A stretch of 63,985 bases of DNA, counting the filler, from Choristocarpus tenellus KU-1152 (lineage: Eukaryota; Protista; Phaeophyceae), in NCBI GenBank assembly GCA_964200185.2. It is 6 parts of 6 records of this genome, joined end to end, with 100 filler letters (N's around TTAATTAATTAA, not from the genome) between each part and the next. Parts side by side here need not be neighbours in the genome. Positions count along the whole stretch, not along the records: positions 12,912 to 22,899 come from CAXNAD020003224.1; positions 23,000 to 29,874 come from CAXNAD020007163.1; 4 more parts are not named here. One strand, 5' to 3'. Positions 12,985 through 24,043 of this stretch are shown here, in pieces. The notes under the pieces were generated by a model that did no database searches, was not told the DNA's origin, and saw nothing but the letters and a program-made list of their open reading frames with translations. The stretch's first letter is position 1; every line of letters begins with the position of its first letter. Made by a program: the position numbers and the translations under genes.

Positions 12985-14822
12985 CTTTGGAGCTCTTGTG
13001 TCCACTTCTCCTTGGGTACAATCTGCCTGGTGCGCGAGACAAGCATCTCAGACATGTGCGCGTCCGATTCGATCTCCTTGTAGTCCCTCGCCGTAGGAGC
13101 CTTCCCATTGAACGACTTGTACCTGTACTGTAAAAAGAGAATGGCAATGAAAGACGTCAACGAGAACGATGCGCAGGTAATGATGAGGAAAGGGTCGCCA
13201 CTGCAGAAAATATTCATGGAATGATTGTCGTAGTTCAGAAAATACAAGAGCACACATACACAGGAAACACACACTGCAGGTAGTATTTCCACAGTACTAC
13301 GAACGGTTCGTCATTCGACACAACAATAGCCGACTACATTCTTCATTGTAGGAGACATTTATTGAACGTTTCTGTGCAATGTGCTGCGACCGGCACACAT
13401 TGTACTTACTGCTGTCTACACGATATAACACAGTGGCGGTTTGACTTGCCTAGCAAGCAGATGGATGCATAGCCCCTGCTTGAGAGAAGTGAAGCCGGCA
13501 AACTCCTCGCAACTCAGATAGCTCAGTGTGACCGCGTTGCGGTCGACCAGTGGTGACAAGATCTCACACACTTCCTTCAGTACCTCGAAGGACTCTGGTC
13601 GAAGGGACTTTACGCCTTGCTGCCAGTTTCGTAGAGTTGTTTTTGCCAGGGGAGGAACGCCCACCTTCGCAATGGGCAGAAAACGAAAAATATTATACAC
13701 CCCCCAGCCAGGATGAGGCATTGTTATTACCATGCCAATGGGGTATGTATGAGTCTGGGGGGGGGGGTTTCAGGCAACACCGTCAATAATACAAACAAGA
13801 ACACTTTTTATTGTTCGTCTGTGGTTAACCACACACACGTACTACATGGTCACCCGAAAATCAAGAAATTAGTTGACAGGGTTGCTAAACGCAGGATAAC
13901 TATCTCAACTTAGGTTGAATAGGAGGACACAGAGAGATTTCACAACAGCTGTAACCCAACAAGAGAAGGAGTAGAGTGCCACCATCTCACCAACGTTGAC
14001 AACTCCCTCACCTTTTTGTACATTTTGCGGATCTCTGCTAGTGACACTTCTTTTTTCTTCGTCTGTCGCTTGATAGCTTCTTGGAGCTCGTGCTGAAAAT
14101 ATACCTTATCGTACAGCGTGCGCTCAACCACACTCTCGGTCGCGTCGTTGAATGCTATAAGTAGGGCGGTGCAGTAGGCGAACGGGACAAGGGGTAGGTG
14201 GGAAGCGGTCGCGGGACACACGCGGCAGGCAGTAGTGAGCAACATGTTGCTGTTGACAGGAAGACCACGAGGGATAAAAAGATCAATAACGAAAAGATCA
14301 TCAATGGGCTGACTGACGATGAACCAAACAAAGGAAACTCGGCAACAACTTGGCAGATCAGAAGAGTCATCAGGCGATCATGGAACAACGATAACACTCA
14401 ACTTACTTTGTTACTTAGTTGATCAGAAGAGTCAGGCGATCACGGAACAATCGCAACACTCCATCACCCACCGTTGGCAATTTGCCTCTCTTCTGCTTGG
14501 TTGAACTCCATGTAGACCCGCATCATGAAAGCTTGTTTGGGGTCAACTCTCTCATCAGCACCGTTATTCTATGGTTTCCGTCCAGTGCTCATTCTTGAAT
14601 GGCAAGCGCAGTTTCGGCGGTGAGCTGGTCCCCGTTGCACAAGCAGTCTCGTTGGATGACGACAGACGAAGCAAACTGCTTCTGCCAGCCTTTTTCACGG
14701 ATGGACTTGCTGACGTGCACAAGGCCACGCTTGCTCAGGGGACGCACCATCTTTGTGCATGTGATGTTGCCGAGTTTCATCTTGTACATGCCGAGGTAGT
14801 GATGTTCTAGGAGCGAGGACAT
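12985..14822 (-). pseudogene. Spliced ParB/Sulfiredoxin-like N-terminal domain protein with downstream helical/HTH-like region; disrupted
   Basis: Exons are 14472-14822, 14012-14154, 13450-13664 (GC donor) and about 12985-13122. Translation: ...VRPLSKRGLVHVSKSIREKGW...AIQE*ALDGNHRITVL...(1-bp frameshift near 14545)FMMRVYMEFNQAEERQIAN|AFNDATESVVERTLYDKVYFQ...SLAEIRKMYKK|VGVPPLAKTTLRNWQQ. DGNHR matches the ParB/Srx (I/L)DGxHR motif. The 3' end runs into the spacer. Confidence 0.6.
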
Positions 14823-15064
14823 GCCCTTCAGATTGCTGTACCACGATCTCGATCCGTGGGCAGCGCCATCAGCGGGCGGGTGGGTTGTTGTTGAGTGAAT
14901 GCTGGATATGGCGAAGATTGGGAGGGTGTGACGGGGATCGATAAATAACAGGTGCGCGTGGTATGTACGGAAGGGAAGGAATTGAAATGAGGACTGAGGG
15001 CTGGGTTGTGCTGCTTTATTTCATCTGGTCGGTCGGTCCTCATAACTCAGATTTCTCTTTCCGT

Positions 15065-15860
15065 TGATACTTTTGTTATAAAAAATACCAATATCGAACA
15101 GCACACGATTTCATATTGAAAAGAGATAGAGAGCATCAGTTTTTTGAGACCTTTTTGTTTCGGAACGTTTCAAACGTATTGGATCAATAAAGTATGTGGA
15201 TTGTATTTTTATTTGTTGATATAAAGATTAGAATATTATTATTATTTCGTAAAACCCCTAACGCACGTGTTTTGGCTCTTCAATGGTTTTATTGATCCGA
15301 ACGGATCACCGAAACTTAAGAGCCGCTTTTTGTCGTCTCTAGTATTTTTAAGAATCCTAAAGTCGACAAAGAGCGGTTATAGTATTTAAATAAATTGTAG
15401 GGTACCAGTTGAAAGTGACCTTTTAGTTTCTGAACATTGGAAACGTGTGAGACCTATAAAGTACGTACTTTGTATTTTCAAAATTTGTAAGAACGGTTAT
15501 AATAGGATTTACTATTTCTAAAAATCCTAACGCACGTGTTTTGGGTCTTCAATGGTTTAGGTGATCCGAACGGATCAACGAAACTCAAGAGCCGCTTTTT
15601 GTCGTCTTTAGTATTTTTAAGAATACAAATGTCCAACAATTTAAGATTTTGTACTCAAAACAATTAGAGGGTGTCAGTTTTTTTTAAACTTTTGGTTTCG
15701 GAACATTGGAAACGTACAAGATCAATTTAGTATGTGCTTTGTATTTTTAAAAATTGTAAGTACGGATATAATCGGATTTACAACTTCCGAAAACCGTGAT
15801 GCACGTATTTTCCGGATCATGGATCTCAGGGTGGTCCCACGGATCGCCCGGAGCTCAATC
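15065..15860. repeat. Tandem array of about 3 units with a 269-bp period and internal palindromes
   Basis: The anchor CAGTT falls at 15137, 15406 and 15675. TGATCCGAACGGATCA occurs at 15293-15308 and 15562-15577, with a degenerate copy near 15832. CCTAACGCACGTGTTTTGG and AAGAGCCGCTTTTTGTCGTCT are repeated in units 1 and 2. Confidence 0.9.
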
Positions 15861-15940
15861 ATCGTTCATACGCCCGGCTTCGAATCTCATCACTCCTAGA
15901 CCTTCTCACTGCCCAAGACCACCTGTTGCCCGAAAACACC

Positions 15941-16417
15941 ATGACAGTCGCTCCCACAGCAAGGGGATGGCTTTTGTCGCCTGTGTCGCCCCCTGTGTTG
16001 CCCCCTCACCAGCCCGCCAACAATGATGCACTGGAGCTTTCTACCAATGATGCTTCAGCGACCGGCGCGAAGCTTCACCAAGGATGGGCTCAACCCATCC
16101 CGGTCAATGAATAGGGTGACTGCTGCAAGCGCTTAGCCTGTGTGAAGAAGTTCGCGGGAGATAGCGAGTCCTTCCTTGCACGCACGTTTGCCAAAGAGCA
16201 GGACATCATCCGGGCGTGTGAGAACCGCCGCGATCGCAAGCACTTCGTTGGTGACCGTATACCTGTCCTTAAGTTGGGGCCTGGAGGCGGATCTATGCTC
16301 GCGGCCGGCATTCCCGTTTTTTACGCAGTTTTTCAAGGCATCGTTCGGAATATCCAATCATGTCATCGATGTTTGCAAAGGTACACATAACGCAAGAGCA
16401 TTCTCCAACGTGGAGAG
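15941..16417 (+). pseudogene. N-terminal Cys-cluster exon of a Sola2-like DNA transposase; disrupted
   Basis: ATG at 15941 and an in-frame TAG at 16112-16114. Translation continues GDCCKRLACVKKF...EQDIIR..., then after a frameshift in the T-run near 16320 reads GIPV(x)TQFFKASFGISNHVID, with a GT donor at 16418. This resembles the CCxxxC...VCxxFFxxxxGIS pattern that precedes the catalytic core of Sola2-type transposases. No catalytic domain is visible. Confidence 0.45.
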
Positions 16418-16634
16418 GTGGGTTTGATGTATGTACACATTGTTATTTGTACCCGGTATATATTTCCCCCTGCTTGATGATTGAACAGTAGTCCTATCTC
16501 AGAACAATGTAATCCGATCGTACTCGCCACATTCACTTTGCAGTTACCACTCCGAGATGTCCGATGTATAAAGTTAGAGATCCCTCCTGTGTGGTGTTAT
16601 GTGTTACATATATGTGTATATACACGTGTGATTT

Positions 16635-16893
16635 TAGTGAAAGTATCTTAGAGGGTACGAATTTTGCCCTGTTTGTCCATTTGGGGCTTGGCTTCCCATG
16701 GTTTTTTTTATGACATTTTCCTACTCCAAAATGTTTCGGAGTAGGTAAAATGTATATGTTATGAAAAGGTGTGTCTGAAACATAGATACTGACACTTCCT
16801 AACAAACACGATAGTCAAAATTACATCAAAATCGCAACATTACATTTCGACCCCCAAATGGACGCATCTCTACCCTCTAAGATACTTTGGCTC
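16635..16893 (-). mobile_element. MITE family A (about 255 bp; TIR GAGTCAAAGTATCTTAGAGGGTA)
   Basis: Both TIRs and the conserved family-A interior are present. It abuts a family D fragment. Confidence 0.9.
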
Positions 16894-17087
16894 AGTACCG
16901 AAATATTTTTCAATAAAATATTCCGGGCCCTTGAAAAGTGCCGAAACATTAAAAAAAAAACACATCCCGGGCCCTTAAAAGTGCCGAAACATTCTAAAAA
17001 AAAAAATATCGGTACTTTTTCCGCACCGTTTTCGATCAGAACCTATCCTCAACACCCTGCTCCTTCCTCAATTCTCCAAATCCACTG
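16894..17087. mobile_element. MITE family D, right part
   Basis: Ends CCTCAATTCTCCAAATCCACTG|TTA. The internal AAAAGTGCCGAAACATT is duplicated and has a similar copy at 122-139. Confidence 0.7.
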
Positions 17088-17089
17088 TT

Positions 17090-20000
17090 ATGCGTTCGCA
17101 CAATTATTACGCCCGGACATCAGCTATGAGGAGCTCAAACAGGCAATCATTTCATCGACAAATTACCATCACTCAGACCAAGATGGGAATCATGGCGTAT
17201 TGGAAATGCATCACAATGAAAGGAACGGTTATGTTCGGAAGACCAGGGAATGAGCTGGAAGCGGCCCCAAACCAAACCAATGCACATACTGCTTGAAGAT
17301 AAACCATCAATGTCGGATGTGTCACCCATAGTTGAATGGAGAGTCACCTGCAACACGTCCGCCTGGGATGGCACCTGTGAGAACATTTCCGTCACCTCCG
17401 CCTGGTGGGGGAGCAGCAACAGAGTCAACGTGAACCAAGTATGCTCCTTCTCCACTTTCAAGGTGACAGCAGACGAGGAGGTTAATAAAAGTGTGGTGTT
17501 CAACTCCTCCAGTGGAAGACAAGTCGAAATATTGTGTGACTCCGGAGCAAACGTATATCTTACACCTGATCGTGAAGATCTCATAAGCACTCGGGGCACC
17601 AAACGTACATCCACCTGATATGGTTCTAACGGTTACGGACAAGGACGGCAAACCAATAAGAGTGGTTCTGAAGGATGTTCTATGGGTGCCAGGTCTACCA
17701 TGGCGCATATTGGGTACTGGAGGTATACAACGGAATAGAGGAGAATGTATGGATTTAGGAACAAAAGAAAGTTATCTAAGGATCTCCAAGAATTCGCCCA
17801 AGATAAACCTACAAACGTCGATGGGTTCTTAAATATAACTGGAACCGAAATCACCACGGAACAAGAATCGAGAGCCAGCGCTGCATGAGCCAACCAAAAG
17901 CAGAGGCTGGCATTGAGGGACTGGCACAACATATTGGGTCATATCAACCCATAAGCAATCAAGCATCTCGAGAAACGTGGACTTTTGGAGATCACCGATG
18001 CTACTGTGGCGTCAGAACTGCGGTGCGAGACCTGCAAGGAATGCAAATCCGAGGCCTTAAGCTATCAACGGGGTGGCAGGACCCCCAAGCAGCCTGGCGA
18101 GGTTGTCCAGACGGATTTGGCGGGACGTTTTCAAGCAGACATCACTGATCACTAGTATTTCTAGGTGTTTGTCGATGAGAGCAGCAGAGACAAGAGGGTT
18201 TATGCATTGAAAACAAAAAATGCAGTGACAGACGTAACCACTGCCTATATCCACCAGATGGCCAGGGAAGGCATACAAGTCCAATACATCAGTGGGGATG
18301 GTGCTGGTGGGCTTGGGAGATTGGTGAAGTTCCAAAGGATGCTGGCACACAACAGTACCCGATGGAGGAAATCTCCACCAAGAACACCGCAGAGCAACGG
18401 AATCGCCGAAAAGGCGTTAAAGCAACTCATGGGGGCAGCAAGGAGTCAACCGGCAAAGGCTGGGCTGGGCAACGAGTATTGGTTCTGTGCCATCACGGAT
18501 GTCGCCTTCAAAACTGGAGGCATGCCACACAAATACCTCGGAGGAGAGACGCCTTGCGAGCGTCTAACAGTTAATCTTTCAACTATGATAGGCTTTGGAC
18601 CTGGGGGAGCAAGCGCCATGTTCACCAGGACAAGCAGCAGAGGGGAGCCGGTTCAAATTTTCACCCATACGCCAAGCAGGGTGTAATCATGGAACACACG
18701 ACTGTACATCACTGTGTTTTGGTACATCTGGCTTCCTCAATAGGCCAAGTTGGTAACATCAGCCCAAGTAACGTTCGAGCCAGACAAGCACATCGTGGAC
18801 TTCGTGTGGGAGAGAGAGACCATGACTTTGACCGATAACGAAGAGATTTCCGATACTGAAGAAGAATCTGATCGGTATTTCGATATTGCATCCGATACGA
18901 TACCACAAGCAACAGCCGCGAACAAGAACTCGGCAAGTTCACCTAGTGGACAATGAAGGTCAGCCAGGATGGCTAAAGAACCCAGGGTAGACTAAAGGGG
19001 TTGACACGCTGGTGATACCCAGGAACTGGGAGAGAATATAGTCAATCTGCTCAGAACAAGCACGGATGATGCCTACTGCTTGGTGGGCATGGCAGGTGAC
19101 ATCTCGATAGGCCACCAGGAGCCATCAACCATCGCAGAAGCCCTCGCAGGGTCTGATACAGAACACTGGAAAGAGGCAATGGAGCAAGAAATGGAGGGCC
19201 AACGAAGCAAAGGAACCTTCCATGAGGGAGAGAGTCTGCCACAAGGGAGGAGTCCCGTCAAAGCAAGATTCATTTTCAAAATCAAAAGGACGATCAATGG
19301 AGACATTGAAAGGTTCAAGGTCAGGCTGGTGGCATGGGGATTTTCACAGCAAGAAGGGGTGGACTACTTCAGCACATTCAGTCGAGTGGTGGGATTTGAC
19401 GTGATTCGGGTAGTCCTAGCTACAGCAGCCAACAAAATCTGGGACATCAACTCCCTAGACTTCACTCAAGCCTACCTGAACGCACCACTCATTGAGGATG
19501 CATGGCTACAATTGCCCAATGGATCCATCACAAAAGCTGCCAGGGTCATCTATGGCCTTAAGCAATCAGCAATGGAGTGATACAAGGAGCTAAAGAGAAC
19601 AATCTGAGCTGAGGGGTGGAGTGTTAGAGACTTCGACGCCTGCCTAGATGTGAAGAGGAGTGAAAATGGTAGAAATCGCTGTCCTCTTTCACGAAGTGGA
19701 TGGCACCTCGTTGACTGGAGACTTCGACGAAGAAATAAAGAGGATGAAGAGCAATCCGGTTACCAAGTATGAAGGACGGGACCTCGGGACCCCAGACGAG
19801 TTAGTTGGGGTGGCAATCAACCGAGATGAGGCTGGCATCACACTGGACCAGCGTTTCTATGCAGAAAGCATTGTTCATGAAGGAATGGGATCCATAGAAG
19901 TACGGAGAATCTCATCACCTTCAAACCCAGGAATGGACCTGACCCCAAGAAGAACTGACGAGGAGGAACTAGACCAGAATTACAAGCCTTACCGCACCAT

Positions 20001-21352
20001 TCTGCGGAATATTATGTTCCTAGCTGGGATGACACGACTAGACCTATCCAACAGTGTGCCGAACTGGGAAGATATGCAGCATCTCCATGCAGTCGACACT
20101 GGAAAGGGCTGCAACATGTTGTACGATACCTAGCAGGCACCATGAAAGTAGGGATACACTATCCTGTTGGTGGTGAATTGAACCATGGGGGCCTGGTCAG
20201 GTATGGAGACTCAGACTGGGGCAATGACACTGCTTCAAGACGAAGCGTGACGGGATACCTAATCCTAATAAATGAGGCACTAATTAAATGGAAATCCAAG
20301 ATGCAAGGAGCTGTAACCACATCTTCATCAGAAGCAGAATGGACAGCGATGGTACATGGAATGAGGCATGCAATATTCCTCCGAGGCATCCTGGGGGAGC
20401 TGGGCATACCCCAAGGGGCCACGACTTGGTATGGAGACAATCGAGGTGCGATCCAGGCAGCAATAACTGAAGGCTTCAACTGAAGAACAAGACATGTTGA
20501 CACTACATGAAATGCACCAGGGAGCATGTCAATAAAGTATATACCCACAACACTACAAATTGCAGACATCTTGACCAAGAGATTATGTAAGAAGCAGGTA
20601 GAAGACTTTGTGGACACTGCGTTGACTAGATGAATGTCGTGTGTTAAAGTTGAAGCAATCTGCGTTCTTTTACCTCATTGACAGGATAAATGTGATGTGT
20701 GTGAGATTTGAACCAATTCTTTTACTTCCACTCTCACTGGGGAGTGTGCAGAATAAGACGTTTTAGATTGGAGAGTTCCAGCAACCCTTCATTGCCCGCA
20801 TTCTCATGGGGGAGTGTACAAAATAGGACAATAGTCAGGTGTACCATATTTTGTGTATGATAGATGTAATTAACGAGATACTACATTCAGATTATGAATG
20901 GGAATATGTATGGGTTTTTATTCTGCATTCAACTACTTTGAAATAACCATGGACTTACACTAACTCATTAGTTACATCTCTCATACACAAAATAAGGTAC
21001 CTAACTATTGTTCTATATATTTACACACTCCCCCATGACCGTGCAGGCAATTAAGGGTTGCTGGAACTCTCAAAACCTAAAACGTCATATTCTGCACAGG
21101 AGCCACAGATGCCATCACACCCATGGAGACGACGAGGTCAAGAAGAAGAAAATCCCATCGACGACGAATGAAGACCACAAACCCAAGTAGAAAAAAATAT
21201 CCAGGCAATCGTAGGAAGCTACCAAGAATCCTAAGTGCTGAGGTGAATACTGAGTATTCTCTCCAGTTTGAAGAGAGTCTCGGTAGGACCTCTATGTCAC
21301 AATACGCTCCAAAACCCACCTCCACAGGATGTGCAACTCAAATTCAATGACA
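17090..21352 (+). mobile_element. Decayed Ty1/Copia LTR retrotransposon (5' truncated)
   Basis: Domains appear in Copia order with many stops and frameshifts: gag end, protease (ILCDSGAN, near 17530), GAG-pre-integrase (WHNILGHIN), integrase (VFVDESSR; SPPRTPQSNGIAEK), RT (EPSTIAEAL...WKEAM; FKVRLVAWGFSQQEGVDY) and RNase H (YGDSDWGND..RRSVTGY). A PPT (GGGGGAG, 20808-20814) precedes a TGT-starting LTR from 20815. The LTR end at 21352 is tentative. Confidence 0.93.
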
Positions 21353-22999
21353 CTATGGGGGCGTTGCCCTCGATGACAGGTTCTTGGGTGTCAGATAATC
21401 TTCTCTCGATGCTTCACTCAGTGCTTAGCTCAAATCGTGACTAACATTCACTCAAGATAAAGACTGAAAGAGGGGTGATGGATGGTTTCCAAAAGCCCTT
21501 TTCATATCATCATCATCCACCTGTTTTCTTCAGATTATAGGGTAAGAGACATCTACAAACTGCTGTATATACATACTCCAATCATAAACCTTTACTCTGC
21601 AACTTCTAGGAATTCTGACGTTTTTCTGTAAGGTTACCTATGCATTACGATCTTACTCTGCATCTTCTAAGAAATCAGCATTTATTCTATAAGGCTACCT
21701 ATGTGCCACTAATTTCGTATACTGCTCGCGCTCGCTCGAACACAAGAAGAAATGCTTATGCTATTCGCCTGTAACACCAAACCTGTAGAAATATGGGTGA
21801 ATTGCAAAAAATATGTAAAACTACCAAATACTACAAAACCATCAAAACCTGGGCACCTATCGTTCACTTTAACTCACCAAAATATATATAAATAGAATAA
21901 TTACTACTATATTTTTTTGACGTCACTACTCCAAAAAGGTGACCACAAGCCTTCGATCTTCGTCTCCACAGTCCGTCCCATAGCCTTTGCCTTCATCGGT
22001 ATGACATGCTCCAGTTATGAACGTTCGTGAATGTTGTATGGTACGAATATAGATTTGTACACAGTTCCCATCATTATGAAGACGTGAAGTACTGTTCAAT
22101 ATTTCACACAAACTGAAGGCAGGTATGTACCACACATGATAATTTTTAACTTGCTCTGTGTCAAGGAGGACTCTCTGTCAGCTTGGCAAACAACTATGTC
22201 TGCCCTTTTCTCATCCTCTGAAACACATCTTCTTACGGGATGACTTATGACAGGTTCATTGGTTGATACATACCATTGATACATAGGGAAATATCCTTGT
22301 CATTCTGCTACGAAGAAAAACACTGCATGATTTGTACCACACACAGCACATTTTAAAACTGAATATTGGGTACCAAACTAAACGAAGAAATTTTCTTAGC
22401 CCCTATGACAATAGAGTATGAACTATTTGTGCCAAACAAACTCATCCACACACGATCCGTGGAATTGGGCAAGTCATGTGCAACGTTGAGTTATCATTTG
22501 TAGACATTTAAGTAACAACTTAGATTTGAGAGGTCCTGCATGAGTTGGGCTTCCCGAACCTGCTCACCAACATAAATTTCGAAAAAATGAAGGAAATGGA
22601 AGTATACCCTCCTTCGGCATTGTCCATAGCTCTATAGCAGTACAAGGATAACTTCACTTCCACACACATACAGTGCCCTTAAATGGAATGATGGACATGT
22701 TGACTTTCTTGTCTGGAGGATGACGTCACAACGCATTTTCAAGTGGAATTCTACCTTGAGCTTGGTGACATTACAAGAACAATTTATTACGTATTGGAAA
22801 GAGGGCATCCACCGCTCTGTACAATTATATTGTAGAGTCTGTGTTGTTAAAACATAGGCTACTCATCTGTTTGTTTCTTGATACGATACAGTTCCACCAN
22901 NNNNNNNNNNNNNNNNNNNNNNNNNNNNNNNNNNNNNNNNNNNTTAATTAATTAANNNNNNNNNNNNNNNNNNNNNNNNNNNNNNNNNNNNNNNNNNNN

Positions 23000-23155
23000 G
23001 GGGGGTCTACACCAGGGTGCACATTTGGACCATATAAACAGAAAAAGTGCATCTACATCATTCATCCAACGTATGCAACCTAATCACCCAAAAATTGCCA
23101 CATGAAATAATGGACCCCAAATGGACAGCCGCCACCTCCCTCAGATACTTCTAAC
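23000..23155. mobile_element. MITE family B (TIR G(G/A)CTCAAAGTATCTGGGGG), partial
   Basis: Interior is shared with 26794-26972, 33537-33727 and 42300-42472. Isolated ends occur near 27975-27999, 29975-30011, 37739-37813, 61477-61545 and 63922-63985. Confidence 0.75.
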
Positions 23156-23488
23156 CTACAACAGGAGTCAAGCCGTACGGTCTTATGTATGTGCTAGATG
23201 CCTTGCACTTCCAGAGATTGGGCAGCCTCTGCATTAGATCGTCCTTATCTCCTGTCAACCTGGGGTAGAGCAAGAAATCTAAACTTGATCGCATGCTGTG
23301 CTCTGATTCACCTCCTTACAATCTTTCTTAAACTCTGTAAGAAGAATGCCAGGAACCTTCCTGTTGTAGTTTAGATCTCGTCTGGAGCTCAGCACAGTAG
23401 TGACTCCTCATCCCCTCACCTATCTGCACTCTACCAACTCCCGATCCCAGGTGGTACATACCTACCCAACTCAATTGAAGGTTAGAAT

Positions 23489-23784
23489 GAGTCAAAATAA
23501 ACGAGAGGTACCCACCAAAGTTGGTTAGGGTTAGGGTTAGAATTAGGGTTGCATTTTAAGGATGCCAGCAAATACGTCCAAACTTGAACTTTTTCTTTTA
23601 ACAAATGCGAATGTGACATTTTCTGAGTTCTGTTCAAAATTTTCAAAGAGGAGAGAAATCAATGCTCTCGAGTCAAACTTAACACTTCATCCATAGAAAT
23701 ATGGGTGAAATGCAAAAGATTGAAAAAAAAAATGACTAAAAATGCAAGACAGTCAAAAGTTCGGTACCTCTCGTTCACTTGGGC
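23489..23784. mobile_element. MITE family C carrying a TTAGGG insertion
   Basis: TIRs are GAGTCAAAATAAACGAGAGGTACC and GGTACCTCTCGTTCACTT. GGTTAGGGTTAGGGTTAGAATTAGGGTT lies at 23523-23550. Confidence 0.75.
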
Positions 23785-24043
23785 AAAATAAACAGTTGAA
23801 TCTTAAACCAGACTCAATACCTGGGGGTTGAGGAGTAAGTGGGGGAAGATCCAAGAAATGAATAGTGCAACTAGCTCCGTCCTTCCGCTTAGCCAGACAA
23901 AATTGTCAACTTCAACACAGTCCTAAAACAATTTTAGTCGGGCATTCTTTCTTTGCATCCACATAATCATTGCCACCATATCTCCTTTCACAGAATGTTC
24001 CTCTGGTACTATTGCTGTCCTCAAATTGCCCCCTCACAAGCAG

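Noticed and set aside
12912-14822. Endogenous giant-virus insertion
   Set aside because: No viral core genes, and the ORFs join through spliceosomal introns into one gene.
15065-15860. CRISPR-like reading of the palindromic array
   Set aside because: The period is 269 bp, the sequence between palindromes is homologous rather than unique spacers, and there are no cas genes.
16533-16805. Recurring short ORFs such as MLGSVNI...PTPKHFGVGKCHK and MGAKIQCCDFDVIL
   Set aside because: These are chance translations of family A MITE copies, in inconsistent frames and strands.
21926-22899. Possible decayed transposon; its right part is similar in reverse complement to about 28900-28945
   Set aside because: No recognisable protein motif or defined termini.
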